A DNA stretch of 64,000 bases from a virus. Its lineage: Duplodnaviria > Caudoviricetes. Shown piece by piece: positions 36,868 through 46,129 of this stretch; within the stretch, counting starts at the first letter, position 1, and every line of letters begins with the position of its first letter. The translations under genes were made by a program, and so were the position numbers. A model generated the notes under the pieces. That model was given only the letters and a program-made list of their open reading frames with translations, was not told the DNA's origin and searched no databases. The DNA lies in IMG/VR virus record IMGVR_UViG_3300031134_000004, positions 1-64,000 of that record; one strand, written 5' to 3'.

Positions 36868-38196
36868 ATGAAAATCCTCGAACTCTACAGCGCAGTACTG
36901 AAGATGGCCAAGCGCCACGTCAATGAAGATGGCACCGTCTCGCAAGTCTTCGGCGGCAAGAACGAGCCATCGCTCATCAAAGGCAAACGCATCGTCGTGC
37001 CAACGCGTGAACACCTGTCCAATCCCGACTGGTCCAATCGCGTCGTGTTCCATCCGCTGTCGGAAAACATCCTGCGCGGTGAATCGGCTGTGCTGGAAGA
37101 CTTCCGTCACGCACTGAACCTGCGCATCAACTGGACGATCGGCCTGGTCGGCTTCCAACTCCTGATGATCGCAGCGTCGAACGAAGAGCACGCCAAGCTC
37201 AGTCCGTACCAATCGGAATACCTGCGCTTTGTCAAGAACGCAAACAAGACCACGCTCGAAGCGTTCAAGAAACTGATGAAGGCCATGCCACTGGACCAAA
37301 CCCAGAAGGCGTTCGTCTCGATCTATCTGAAACGTGCTGGCACCATCGGCGAGCGTCGCTATTCGCGCGTCGGCGTCGTCAACTTCCCACTCTACCAAGA
37401 GCTGTGCAAGCCTGACGTCAAGGAAATCTGGGGCGTGAAGTTCGCCAACAAGAAAGATCCGGAAACCATCAAGAAGCTGCTCGAGCAGATGATTCCGGGC
37501 ATTGACGTTGACCACAGCCACAGCCGTGGTTCCGATTCGGGCGTGGCGCCGTATCTGGACGCCTTGATGAAATCGGTGATGGCAGTCTCGGCTGACCTGA
37601 ACGCACAGATCGACCTGTTCCAAAACGTTCTCGACGCCAATAGCCCTGACGAAGATGACGATGCGAACTCGAAGAACCTGCGGTTCAACGACGAATGGGT
37701 GGAAGTCTTCGACAACCTGGACGTCATGATCCCAGAAGTGCGCATGATCCCGATGCAAGCCGGTAACGACGGCGGCAAACCAGCAGCGCCTGCCCAACAA
37801 CCGACGGCCGCTACGGCGCCGGCAGCAGCACCGGCAGGTCCACTGCCAGCAGCATTGAGTGGTAACGGCTGGAACCAGCAAGCACAACCGCAAGCGCAAT
37901 CGGTCTTTGCGCAAGCAGCTGCTGCACCTGGCCCTGTTCACACCGGTCGTGGTCTGGACTTCGAATCGCTGCTGCGCTCGAACGGCGCTCTGGCCCAAGC
38001 AGTCGGTGGTGTCTCGGCACCGCAAAGCAATGGCTGGAATGGCAACCAGAGCCAAGGCAACAATGCACCATCGTGGGCACGTCCTTCCGGTAACTCCGGT
38101 AACAACTGGAACGGCGGCGGCAATGGTCCAAGCTGGGCACAAGGCGGCAACAATGGCGGCGGTAACTGGGGTGGCGGTTACAGCCCGTCGATCTAA
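36868..38196 (+). CDS. Conserved core protein (phiKZ gp70-like) with long P/A/Q then G/N/W low-complexity tail
   Basis: Synteny; tail visible in translation. Confidence 0.68.
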   Translation: MKILELYSAVLKMAKRHVNEDGTVSQVFGGKNEPSLIKGKRIVVPTREHLSNPDWSNRVVFHPLSENILRGESAVLEDFRHALNLRINWTIGLVGFQLLMIAASNEEHAKLSPYQSEYLRFVKNANKTTLEAFKKLMKAMPLDQTQKAFVSIYLKRAGTIGERRYSRVGVVNFPLYQELCKPDVKEIWGVKFANKKDPETIKKLLEQMIPGIDVDHSHSRGSDSGVAPYLDALMKSVMAVSADLNAQIDLFQNVLDANSPDEDDDANSKNLRFNDEWVEVFDNLDVMIPEVRMIPMQAGNDGGKPAAPAQQPTAATAPAAAPAGPLPAALSGNGWNQQAQPQAQSVFAQAAAAPGPVHTGRGLDFESLLRSNGALAQAVGGVSAPQSNGWNGNQSQGNNAPSWARPSGNSGNNWNGGGNGPSWAQGGNNGGGNWGGGYSPSI

Positions 38197-38207
38197 GTAA
38201 TTAGGTC

Positions 38208-38247
38208 GCGGCATAAAGAGAGAGGGGGTCACCCTCTCTCTTTTTTT
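38208..38247 (+). terminator. Intrinsic terminator, family member
   Basis: GCGGCAT-AAAGAGAGAGGG/CCCTCTCTCTTT plus T tract. Confidence 0.8.
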
Positions 38248-38287
38248 CTTTCAAGGAGCACAAAATGTCTTTCAAGGAATACAAAAA

Positions 38288-38449
38288 ATGGCTCTCGATC
38301 GTCGTAAAATGCAATTCGTTAAAGGGGTTGTCCTTACCCGAGCACAAGAAGAAGAACGACAACGAAACGCTCGCAAGTACAAAGGCGATCCCCGTCTTGC
38401 CGCTGCCCTTATTTTTGGGCTGACTGCACTAGGTTCGCCGTATCGTTAA
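38288..38449 (+). CDS. Small basic protein, 53 aa (below ORF-track cutoff)
   Basis: AAGGA RBS; MALDRRKMQFVKGVVLTRAQEEERQRNARK...; converges on the 38446 gene. Confidence 0.5.
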   Translation: MALDRRKMQFVKGVVLTRAQEEERQRNARKYKGDPRLAAALIFGLTALGSPYR

Positions 38450-38799
38450 ATTGTACGTTTGGTTTTATGAGCGCTTGCAATGCGGGCAACTAACTGCGTG
38501 TCAGGCAACAGCAAGTTACTGATAGTGCGGTCATTGTCCGTGGGTGATGTGAAGTTATTCATCCGCATTACGATCCAATGCATGTTGTCAGGCACCTTGT
38601 GAAACGAGAGCAGACTAAAAAAATCGAACTCGTACTTATATGCTGCCGCAGGATCAATCGCAACAATTTCTCGTACATTTTGACGCAGCACCGTCATGTG
38701 CGCTTCCAACACATTCCGGAAGTCCGGGTCGTAGTAGATGGAGGCGCCTGGGTCCCGCATGAGGTTATCCACAAGCATTTTTATTCCTTTTGGTTTCAA
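38446..38799 (-). CDS. Conserved protein, possible T4 gp53/LysM-like baseplate wedge protein
   Basis: AYKYEFDF ... MHWIVMRMNNFTSP resembles the HW(V/I)ILxxNN motif of gp53/tail-X proteins. Confidence 0.45.
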   Translation of the reverse strand: MKPKGIKMLVDNLMRDPGASIYYDPDFRNVLEAHMTVLRQNVREIVAIDPAAAYKYEFDFFSLLSFHKVPDNMHWIVMRMNNFTSPTDNDRTISNLLLPDTQLVARIASAHKTKRTI

Positions 38800-38800
38800 T

Positions 38801-38819
38801 TACATATTACTAAAGTGTA
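38801..38819 (+). promoter_or_regulatory. Early promoter-like motif for the RNAP beta-C operon
   Basis: TACATATTACTAAAGTGTA contains TATTAC and the TG at the consensus distance. Confidence 0.55.
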
Positions 38820-38868
38820 CCGTAGTTAGGTATTCAAATAATTAGTTCTTAAAAACAAGGAAAGCCCA

Positions 38869-39117
38869 ATGAAGAAACTGAAACTGAAAGAAGGGTACGA
38901 GGTCTTTGACGAACCGATCTGCGATCCAGATGAACTCAGAGACGTGAACATTCTGATCGAGACTTGTAAGCAACAGGGCTACGAGATCGATCAGGCAACC
39001 GTGCGTGATGCATGGACTGCGCATAGTGAAGAGTACTGTGCGAGTTGGTTGAACATCAATGGTCATGGCGACCGGTTGGTGGAGATCATTCTCCACTATA
39101 CTAAAGTCGTTGAGTAG
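38869..39117 (+). CDS. Hypothetical protein, 82 aa
   Basis: AACAAGGA RBS. Confidence 0.7.
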   Translation: MKKLKLKEGYEVFDEPICDPDELRDVNILIETCKQQGYEIDQATVRDAWTAHSEEYCASWLNINGHGDRLVEIILHYTKVVE

Positions 39118-39146
39118 TAAAGTGTGGTACAAACAAGGAGAGCATC

Positions 39147-39314
39147 ATGAAGTCGATACCCAAGATCAAGATGGAGCCAAACAAGCTCTGCGATCCTAAA
39201 CAAATGCCAGCACTGGGCCTGAATCCTTGGGAACAGCATTGCTGCATCGGCCCACGTAAGCTGATGTTTAGTAGCTTTCATCAGCAACAAGCGCAACAGG
39301 GGAAAAGCAAATGA
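39147..39314 (+). CDS. 55-aa protein homologous to the N-terminus of the downstream RNAP beta-C subunit (below ORF-track cutoff)
   Basis: AACAAGGAG RBS, ATGA overlap with the beta-C start; PNKL...M...GLNPWEQH....RKLMFSS versus PNEL...M...GLNPWDGH...RKQMFSS. Confidence 0.7.
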   Translation: MKSIPKIKMEPNKLCDPKQMPALGLNPWEQHCCIGPRKLMFSSFHQQQAQQGKSK

Positions 39315-41446
39315 AACAACAACCCAACGAATTGCGTCGCGATTTGATGGGCGTGAACGGTCTCAATCCTTGGGACGGGCACGATTCCAGTAGCCGCAAA
39401 CAAATGTTCTCGAGCCACATCGGCCAGACTCTCGTCATCAAGGGAGCAACGGAACGTTACGTGCAAACCGGCATGGAGCGCGAATACGGCAAGTACACCT
39501 TCTCGATGAAGATGCCTGTCGATGCGGAAATCATCCGCGTCATTGATCGCTATCCACAAAAGCTCGGCCTGGATACCATCCGGATGAATCCACAAAGCGT
39601 GGTGATCTTCGAAGACTTCAATACCAAAGAAGTCGGCATGATCGACTTGCGCAAGTACTGTTCTTACCACCAGTACTTCGGTTTCGAATACCAGCAACGT
39701 GAAGCGTTATCGCGCGTGCGTGCTGGTGCTCATTTGCAAGCCGGTGAAATCCTGATGGACTCGCCTTCGGTGAAAGCCAACGGCGGCTACGCATACGGTC
39801 GTCAACTGAACATGGCGTTCATGTCGATCCCAGGCGTATCTGAAGACGGTATTGCGATCTGTGACGACGTACTGCCGCACTACCGCTTCAACACTTACGA
39901 GCACCGCGTGGGTGAATGGGGTAGCAAACGCTTTGCGCTCAATCTGTACGGGGACGATGAGAACTATAAACCGTTCCCAGACATTGGCGACAAGATCCGT
40001 CCTGACGGGCTCTTGATGTGTCTGCGCAGTTACGACCGTGATCTGTCGGTGGTCGAGCAAAACATCAACAGCATGCGCGAGCCGGACTTCACGTTCGACA
40101 AGCTGATCTACGCAGCAGGCGCCGGCGGCACCATCGTGGACATCCGTGTTCACCATGATCCAACGCAAGGCTACCTGGGCGGCATGGATGCGCAGCCGGA
40201 GAAGTACGACAAAGCCCGTCGTGAATTCTACCAGCAGATCGCCAACGAGTACTTCCGCTTGAAGCGTGAGCGGGGTGACCGTTTGCAGTTGACGCCAGAG
40301 TTTCACCGCATGGTCGTGGAAGCCTTGTCCGTTATCGACAACGATCCACAGCGCGTCATCAAGCTGTACCGTCAAGCACCGCTGGATGAATGGCGTGTCG
40401 AATTTACGATCCAGTACGAGATCACGCCAACCATTGGCTTTAAGCTGACGGACTGCCACGGCGGTAAGGGCGTTATCTGTAAGATCATGAAGCGCAGCGA
40501 GATGCCGGTTGACGAAGCAGGTAACTCTGCCGACATCATCATGGACCCGAACTCGACGATCAGCCGGATGAACATCGGCCGTTTGTACGAGCAATACATC
40601 AACGCAGCTTCGCGTGACGTGGCCAAGCAGATTCGCTTTGAACTGGGGATCGAACAAGGCGACAAGCACGCTGGACGTAAGATCGAAGAGATCGAAAAGG
40701 TCAATCCAGCTCTGGTGGACAAGGTGTGGAACTACTTGATGGGCTACTACGCCATCGTCTCGCCCAAGCAGTACGGCTGGTTCGCCAACAAGCAATATAC
40801 AAAACCCCGTGCGGAACACTTGGGTAAGATCGTCGAGACCCACATCTACCTGTACATGCCACCGGACAATGAGCCCGAGTCGGTGGACATCATCAACGAA
40901 CTGCAAAAGCACTACCGGCCAACGTATGGTCCTGTGTCGTACGTGGGCAATTCGGGCAAGCGCGTCACAACGAAGAACCCAGTGCGTGTCGGCAGTATGT
41001 ACATCATCTTGCTCGAGAAGATCGGCGATGATTGGACAGCAGTCTCGTCCGGCAAGCTGCAACACTTCGGTGTTCTCTCGCAAGTGACAAATACCGACAA
41101 GTACGCAACGCCAACGCGTAACCAAGCAATTCGTGCATGGGGCGAATCCGAAGTGCGTATCGGTGTGTCGTACGTGGGACCAGAGTTCGTGGCGGACATG
41201 ATGGACCGTAATAACAATCCAGCCACGCACCGCATGATCCTCGAATCGATCCTGGAAGCTGACAAGCCAACGGCGATTCGCATGGCGGTGGACCGTAACG
41301 TCATTCCGCTCGGTGGTGCTAAGCCACTGCAACTGGTCAAGCACATTGCTGAGACTGGTGGTTGGCGGTTTGTGTACAGGGATTACCTGCCGAACTGGCC
41401 GGACTACAATCCACAGCGTTACCAATTCAAACCAGCCTTTGTTTAA
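39311..41446 (+). CDS. Non-virion RNA polymerase beta C-terminal subunit (phiKZ gp71-73-like), uninterrupted
   Basis: SEDGIAI, GDKIRPDG, GFKLTDCHGGKGVICKI, DIIMDPNSTISRMNIG, RAWGESE motifs. Confidence 0.93.
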   Translation: MKQQPNELRRDLMGVNGLNPWDGHDSSSRKQMFSSHIGQTLVIKGATERYVQTGMEREYGKYTFSMKMPVDAEIIRVIDRYPQKLGLDTIRMNPQSVVIFEDFNTKEVGMIDLRKYCSYHQYFGFEYQQREALSRVRAGAHLQAGEILMDSPSVKANGGYAYGRQLNMAFMSIPGVSEDGIAICDDVLPHYRFNTYEHRVGEWGSKRFALNLYGDDENYKPFPDIGDKIRPDGLLMCLRSYDRDLSVVEQNINSMREPDFTFDKLIYAAGAGGTIVDIRVHHDPTQGYLGGMDAQPEKYDKARREFYQQIANEYFRLKRERGDRLQLTPEFHRMVVEALSVIDNDPQRVIKLYRQAPLDEWRVEFTIQYEITPTIGFKLTDCHGGKGVICKIMKRSEMPVDEAGNSADIIMDPNSTISRMNIGRLYEQYINAASRDVAKQIRFELGIEQGDKHAGRKIEEIEKVNPALVDKVWNYLMGYYAIVSPKQYGWFANKQYTKPRAEHLGKIVETHIYLYMPPDNEPESVDIINELQKHYRPTYGPVSYVGNSGKRVTTKNPVRVGSMYIILLEKIGDDWTAVSSGKLQHFGVLSQVTNTDKYATPTRNQAIRAWGESEVRIGVSYVGPEFVADMMDRNNNPATHRMILESILEADKPTAIRMAVDRNVIPLGGAKPLQLVKHIAETGGWRFVYRDYLPNWPDYNPQRYQFKPAFV

Positions 41447-41491
41447 CATTGATGTCTCCCCCTTAAATTGGGGGAGATGGGGAAATCAATA

Positions 41492-43537
41492 ATGCGACGT
41501 TATTTAGCACGCCGACTACTCGACTTTAGTATCGAGGACTTGTGGTCGGTCTTGGATGGTGAATTCATCCTGATCTTTGATGATGGCGAAGTCCAGACCA
41601 ACTGGAAAGAAACCGTCTACAGCGTCTACGCTTGGGACTTCCACCGGAACTTCCCAGCTACGCCGTTGCTTACACAACACCACGTCACGACGGTCCTGGG
41701 GGGCGATCGTCTGGGTTCGGATACCCATTTGCAGTTGTTGGGCAATGCCATGTGGTCGGTCTACGATGAGTACGTGCCGTCGGGCCGGTTCCACAACACG
41801 AACTTGAGCGAAGTGCAGTTCCGTGACAAGCTGGCAGAGAAAGTGTACCAAGTCACGAACCTGATGTACAACGAACTGAGCTACAAGCTTGAAGACATGG
41901 TGGTCTCGCTCGACATCGTGGACTTCCTGGACGTTGTCAATCACCCAGCCATCAAGAAAGCGAACGACACGGTTGTCGGTACACAGCGTTCGATCGATGA
42001 ATCTTACGCAATCGGTAAAGCCACACTGCTCGATGGTGTGTCGTTGCCAGACAACCCAATCTCGCTGGCTGCGCGTTCCAAGCTCGTGAACATGAACCAA
42101 GTGCTGCAATGCATCATGTCGCGTGGTTTCTTGACCGACACCGATTCGCACCTGTTCTATAAGCCGGTGCTGCGCGGTTACGTGCATGGCATGCGCTCGT
42201 TCCACGATTCGCTCATCGAGTCGCGTTCGGCTGCGAAGTCCTTGATCTTCTCGAAGACGCCGCTGCAACAGGCCGAGTACTTCTCGCGGCGTTTGCAGTT
42301 GATGTCGCAAGTGGTCAAGAACCTACACTACGGCGATTGCGGTACGGATCGCTACACGCTCTGGCATGTGCGTGGTCCACGAAGCGAGAACGGCGAACTC
42401 AAGCGTCCGGGCGATTTGAAGATGCTGGTCGGTAAGAAATACATCGACGAGAACGGCAACCTGCGTTCGATCAAGGGTAGCGACAAACACCTGATCGGCA
42501 CCACGATTAAGATGCGTAACACGATCCACTGCGCGCATCCTGATCCGTACGGTGTGTGCTCGACCTGCTTCGGCGAACTGGCTCTGTCGATTCCGGAAGG
42601 TACGAACATCGGCCAGATGTGCTGCACGAGCTTGGCACAGAAGTCTTCGCAGAACGTGCTGTCCGTGAAACACTTGGATGGTTCGTCCGTGGTTGACGGT
42701 ATCGTGCTGGAACGGGAAGATCGTCGCTTCGTGAAGGTTGCGGCTGACGAAAACTCGTACATGCTTGCCGATGAACTGAAAGGTTCCCAAGTACGCCTGG
42801 TGCTGCGCGCAGAAAACGCAGCGAACATCACGGACATCAAAGACGCCAAGGACGTCAGCGAACTGAACATTACGCGTGTGTCGGAATTGGCAGAGATTGG
42901 TCTGCAAGTGACGAACCAAAAAGGCGTGGTGTTCGAGCCTGTGCAAATTAACGTCAGCCTCGGTCGCCGCTTGGCCAGCATGACGTACGAAATGCTCGAG
43001 CACATCCGTAAGCACGGCTGGACGATTGATGATCGTTCGGGTAACTACATAGTGGACATGACGCAGTGGGATTGGAGCAAACCGTTCCTGACCCTGCCGC
43101 TGAAACACTTTAACATGAGCGACCACTCGCGTGACATCGCTTCCATGCTCGAATCGTCGGTCGATAAGCTGCAAGAGCGCGACCAAAACAAAGCATCGCC
43201 TGACGCTGCCCTGATCGAGTTGTTTGACCTGGTCAACGACAAGCTGACGGTGAACGTGGCGGTACTGGATGTTGTGCTGTACGGCAGCATGGTGGTGTCG
43301 ATCGAGAAAGGCGACTACAGCTTGCCAAAACCGTGGACGAGTTCAAACTTGGGTGTCATGAAGTTGTCGATGGCGTATCGCAGTGGTGCATCTGCCATGG
43401 CGTACGAAGGTCACCGCGACTTCATCACCGATCCGTTGAGCTACGTGAATACCAACCGCATTGATCACCCAATGGATGGCGTCTTGATGCCAGCCGAAGT
43501 GATCATGCCTAAGCGCGTGGAGTATAACTTCACATGA
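41492..43537 (+). CDS. Non-virion RNA polymerase beta' C-terminal subunit (phiKZ gp74-like)
   Basis: Bridge-helix-like EYFSRRL...GDCGT, Zn site CAHP...CSTCFG, trigger-loop-like VLSVKH. Confidence 0.9.
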   Translation: MRRYLARRLLDFSIEDLWSVLDGEFILIFDDGEVQTNWKETVYSVYAWDFHRNFPATPLLTQHHVTTVLGGDRLGSDTHLQLLGNAMWSVYDEYVPSGRFHNTNLSEVQFRDKLAEKVYQVTNLMYNELSYKLEDMVVSLDIVDFLDVVNHPAIKKANDTVVGTQRSIDESYAIGKATLLDGVSLPDNPISLAARSKLVNMNQVLQCIMSRGFLTDTDSHLFYKPVLRGYVHGMRSFHDSLIESRSAAKSLIFSKTPLQQAEYFSRRLQLMSQVVKNLHYGDCGTDRYTLWHVRGPRSENGELKRPGDLKMLVGKKYIDENGNLRSIKGSDKHLIGTTIKMRNTIHCAHPDPYGVCSTCFGELALSIPEGTNIGQMCCTSLAQKSSQNVLSVKHLDGSSVVDGIVLEREDRRFVKVAADENSYMLADELKGSQVRLVLRAENAANITDIKDAKDVSELNITRVSELAEIGLQVTNQKGVVFEPVQINVSLGRRLASMTYEMLEHIRKHGWTIDDRSGNYIVDMTQWDWSKPFLTLPLKHFNMSDHSRDIASMLESSVDKLQERDQNKASPDAALIELFDLVNDKLTVNVAVLDVVLYGSMVVSIEKGDYSLPKPWTSSNLGVMKLSMAYRSGASAMAYEGHRDFITDPLSYVNTNRIDHPMDGVLMPAEVIMPKRVEYNFT

Positions 43538-43542
43538 AATAA

Positions 43543-45075
43543 ATGGCCGAATTAACCGTCATCATTGCGTCGGATCATTTCGTTGTCACGCGTATCAGTG
43601 CGCGTGGCAGAGAGGCGGTATCGTCGTTTGCAAAGAAGTTCGTGCAATTCGGTTTGCAGCGTAAGCCCGGTGGGCGCTACGTTCAAGAACCAATGAAAGT
43701 CTTTGCAGCGGCAACCGCCGATCGTACGGAGTTCCGGTTCCACATCAACACGCTGACAGATTTCCATCAGCATCTTAAGCTCCACTTACTCCAGCCACAT
43801 CAGGTTGAGTTTATCGACCGTCCGAAGTTCGTGGCAAGGAAGGTGGAGCTAAAGGTATTCCCGCACTGGCAAGACCGGGATCACCAAATACCGTTCATTG
43901 ATTACTTGCTTGCGCCTACGCCACGGCGCAAACTCGGGGCGATCCAAACTGGTAAAGGCAAGTCGTACTCTTCAATGCGTGCGCTGGCTAAAATCGGTGA
44001 AGTGGTCATCACGATTGTCAAACCGAAGTACATCGAGAAGTGGATCGAGGACTACCGCCGTACGTACGACCTCGAACTCGATGACATCATGCTCGTGCAA
44101 GGTTCTAAGCACTTGCAAGCCCTCCTTGAATTGGCGATGAACGATGAAATCACAGCCAAGATCATCATGGTTAGTAACAAGACCATGCAGAACTGGATCA
44201 AGCTGTACGAAAAGTTCAAGGAAGGCACGCTTGACATGGGTTACGCGGTGTTGCCGGATCAGTTCTTTGAAGCATTAAAGGCTGGCTCGAAACTCGTGGA
44301 TGAAGTACACGAAGACTTCCACCTCAACTGGAAGATCGACATGTACACCCATGTGGAGCATTCGATCTCATTGTCGGCAACGCTCTTGCCAGATGATCCG
44401 TTCTTAAAGAACATGTGTGAGATAGCGTATCCGAGTATGGAGCGCTACAATGGCGAAGCGTACCACAAGTACATCTCGGCGCGCGCCGTCATTTATAAGA
44501 CGAGAAAACCCGAACAGATTCGTTCACGCGAACCGGGTGCCTCGAATTACTCACACTACGCTTTCGAGAAGTACGTCATGAAGCATCCCGACGTGCTCAA
44601 GAACTATCTTGCTTTAATTAGTGAGATCGTTGAGAAGGGGTACGTGGCAAAGCGTAGTGAAGGTCACCGCTGTTTGGTGTTTGCCTCGCTCATCGAGATG
44701 TGCACCTTAATTACGGAGCACCTCAAGAAGAAGTTCCCGCACTTGGATGTCCGCCGTTACATGGAGGACGATCCGTACGAGGACTTGGTCGAGCCAGACA
44801 TCATTGTCTCATCGTTGCAAAACGCTGGTACTGCGGTGGACGTGCCGGGCTTACTGACCGTTGTCATGACGACTGCTATTACGAGTAGTCAAGGTAACGT
44901 GCAAGGCTTTGGCCGACTGCGTGAACTCTTTGGGGATTTGGCAGCCACGCCATGGTTCTACTACCTTGTGTGCGAAGATGTGCAAAAGCACCTCGACTAT
45001 CATGAGAAGAAGAAGGACCTCCTTAAAGACCGGGCATTGACGTACAACGTCGTGTACATGCCCAATCAGATTTAA
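43543..45075 (+). CDS. SF2 DExH-box helicase (phiKZ gp75-like)
   Basis: QTGKGKS, DEVHED, SLSAT, AGTAVDVPGL, QGFGRLR. Confidence 0.9.
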   Translation: MAELTVIIASDHFVVTRISARGREAVSSFAKKFVQFGLQRKPGGRYVQEPMKVFAAATADRTEFRFHINTLTDFHQHLKLHLLQPHQVEFIDRPKFVARKVELKVFPHWQDRDHQIPFIDYLLAPTPRRKLGAIQTGKGKSYSSMRALAKIGEVVITIVKPKYIEKWIEDYRRTYDLELDDIMLVQGSKHLQALLELAMNDEITAKIIMVSNKTMQNWIKLYEKFKEGTLDMGYAVLPDQFFEALKAGSKLVDEVHEDFHLNWKIDMYTHVEHSISLSATLLPDDPFLKNMCEIAYPSMERYNGEAYHKYISARAVIYKTRKPEQIRSREPGASNYSHYAFEKYVMKHPDVLKNYLALISEIVEKGYVAKRSEGHRCLVFASLIEMCTLITEHLKKKFPHLDVRRYMEDDPYEDLVEPDIIVSSLQNAGTAVDVPGLLTVVMTTAITSSQGNVQGFGRLRELFGDLAATPWFYYLVCEDVQKHLDYHEKKKDLLKDRALTYNVVYMPNQI

Positions 45076-45118
45076 GCGTCATAAAGGCTGGGGTTTCGCG
45101 CCCCAGCCGATATGCCAT
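45076..45118 (+). terminator. Hairpin, family member
   Basis: GCGTCATA-aa-GGCTGGGG/CCCCAGCC-ga-TATGCCAT. Confidence 0.7.
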
Positions 45119-45136
45119 AATGAAAGAGAATTCAGC

Positions 45137-45155
45137 CATATATTCCCTAAGTGAG
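45137..45155 (+). promoter_or_regulatory. Early promoter-like motif
   Basis: CATATATTCCCTAAGTGAG. Confidence 0.72.
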
Positions 45156-45201
45156 AAGGAAACATATCCTTCCGCCTATTAATTAAACAAGGAAATAAAT
45201 C

Positions 45202-45636
45202 ATGCGACTTTATGGCAGCAGTGCAAAAGAAGTAGGTACGACATTCGAGCAAGACGTTCGCGCGAAACTTGCGCGGCTTTGCATGCCCGAAGAACGGATC
45301 GAAGAATTCATGGCGTTTCACAAGAAGCAGTATGTGCACCCTACGGGTTTCGATGGTATCGAATGGGATCACGATATCGGACTGTATCACGTAGGTCGAC
45401 AAGAAGCTGTGTTTTCACCCGTTCAGTCGTATGCAGCAGCATGGGTCGGTAAGAATTACAACTCGGACTGGTATCTGCCTGTTCTTAATGCGCCGTATCT
45501 GGCAAACTACCGTGAATCGGACGATCCGGAACAAAACGTTCTGTTCATGAAAGAAGTGGTGGATGAGTGGGAACGTAAGCGTCGTGTTCCGCTTTATCCT
45601 GACGACATCAAAGAGTACATGCGCAACCGTAAGTAA
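45202..45636 (+). CDS. Hypothetical early protein, 144 aa
   Basis: AACAAGGA RBS. Confidence 0.7.
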   Translation: MRLYGSSAKEVGTTFEQDVRAKLARLCMPEERIEEFMAFHKKQYVHPTGFDGIEWDHDIGLYHVGRQEAVFSPVQSYAAAWVGKNYNSDWYLPVLNAPYLANYRESDDPEQNVLFMKEVVDEWERKRRVPLYPDDIKEYMRNRK

Positions 45637-45655
45637 CTATAATAAGGAAACCGTG

Positions 45656-46129
45656 ATGAGCACGTTCAAATCTGTAATGATGGAAAAGCTGCAGGAGAAT
45701 GGTCTGTTTGAAGAACAGGCTGCAACCGTTATCGTCGTGGCGATGCAACATGATTCGCTCGACAACATGATGGGTCGCTGGAACAATGATCCAAGCGGCT
45801 ACCCAGCAGGGCTCGTGAACATCGTCTGGTCGTTGGTGCGCAAGGTTGCGTACGAATGGATCTGCATCAACGCGCCACAAGCGTGGTTCCGTCCAGCATT
45901 TGCACCGGGTGCTGACACGGCAGAAGATCCAGAAGCATTCGTGGACAACTACCTCAAGCAACTCAACGCTGGCGTTCAAGCGATTGATCCCGTGATGCGT
46001 GAACACCTGAAAAGCGTCAAGCATCTCGACACCAACAGCACGCCGCTGTACAACCCACGCAGCCACGCCGAGCTTACCGAACAGTGCCGGGCACAATCAC
46101 CTTACCCTCAAAAACCAGACAATGGCTGA
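45656..46129 (+). CDS. Hypothetical protein, 157 aa
   Basis: AAGGA RBS before ATG 45656. Confidence 0.68.
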   Translation: MSTFKSVMMEKLQENGLFEEQAATVIVVAMQHDSLDNMMGRWNNDPSGYPAGLVNIVWSLVRKVAYEWICINAPQAWFRPAFAPGADTAEDPEAFVDNYLKQLNAGVQAIDPVMREHLKSVKHLDTNSTPLYNPRSHAELTEQCRAQSPYPQKPDNG

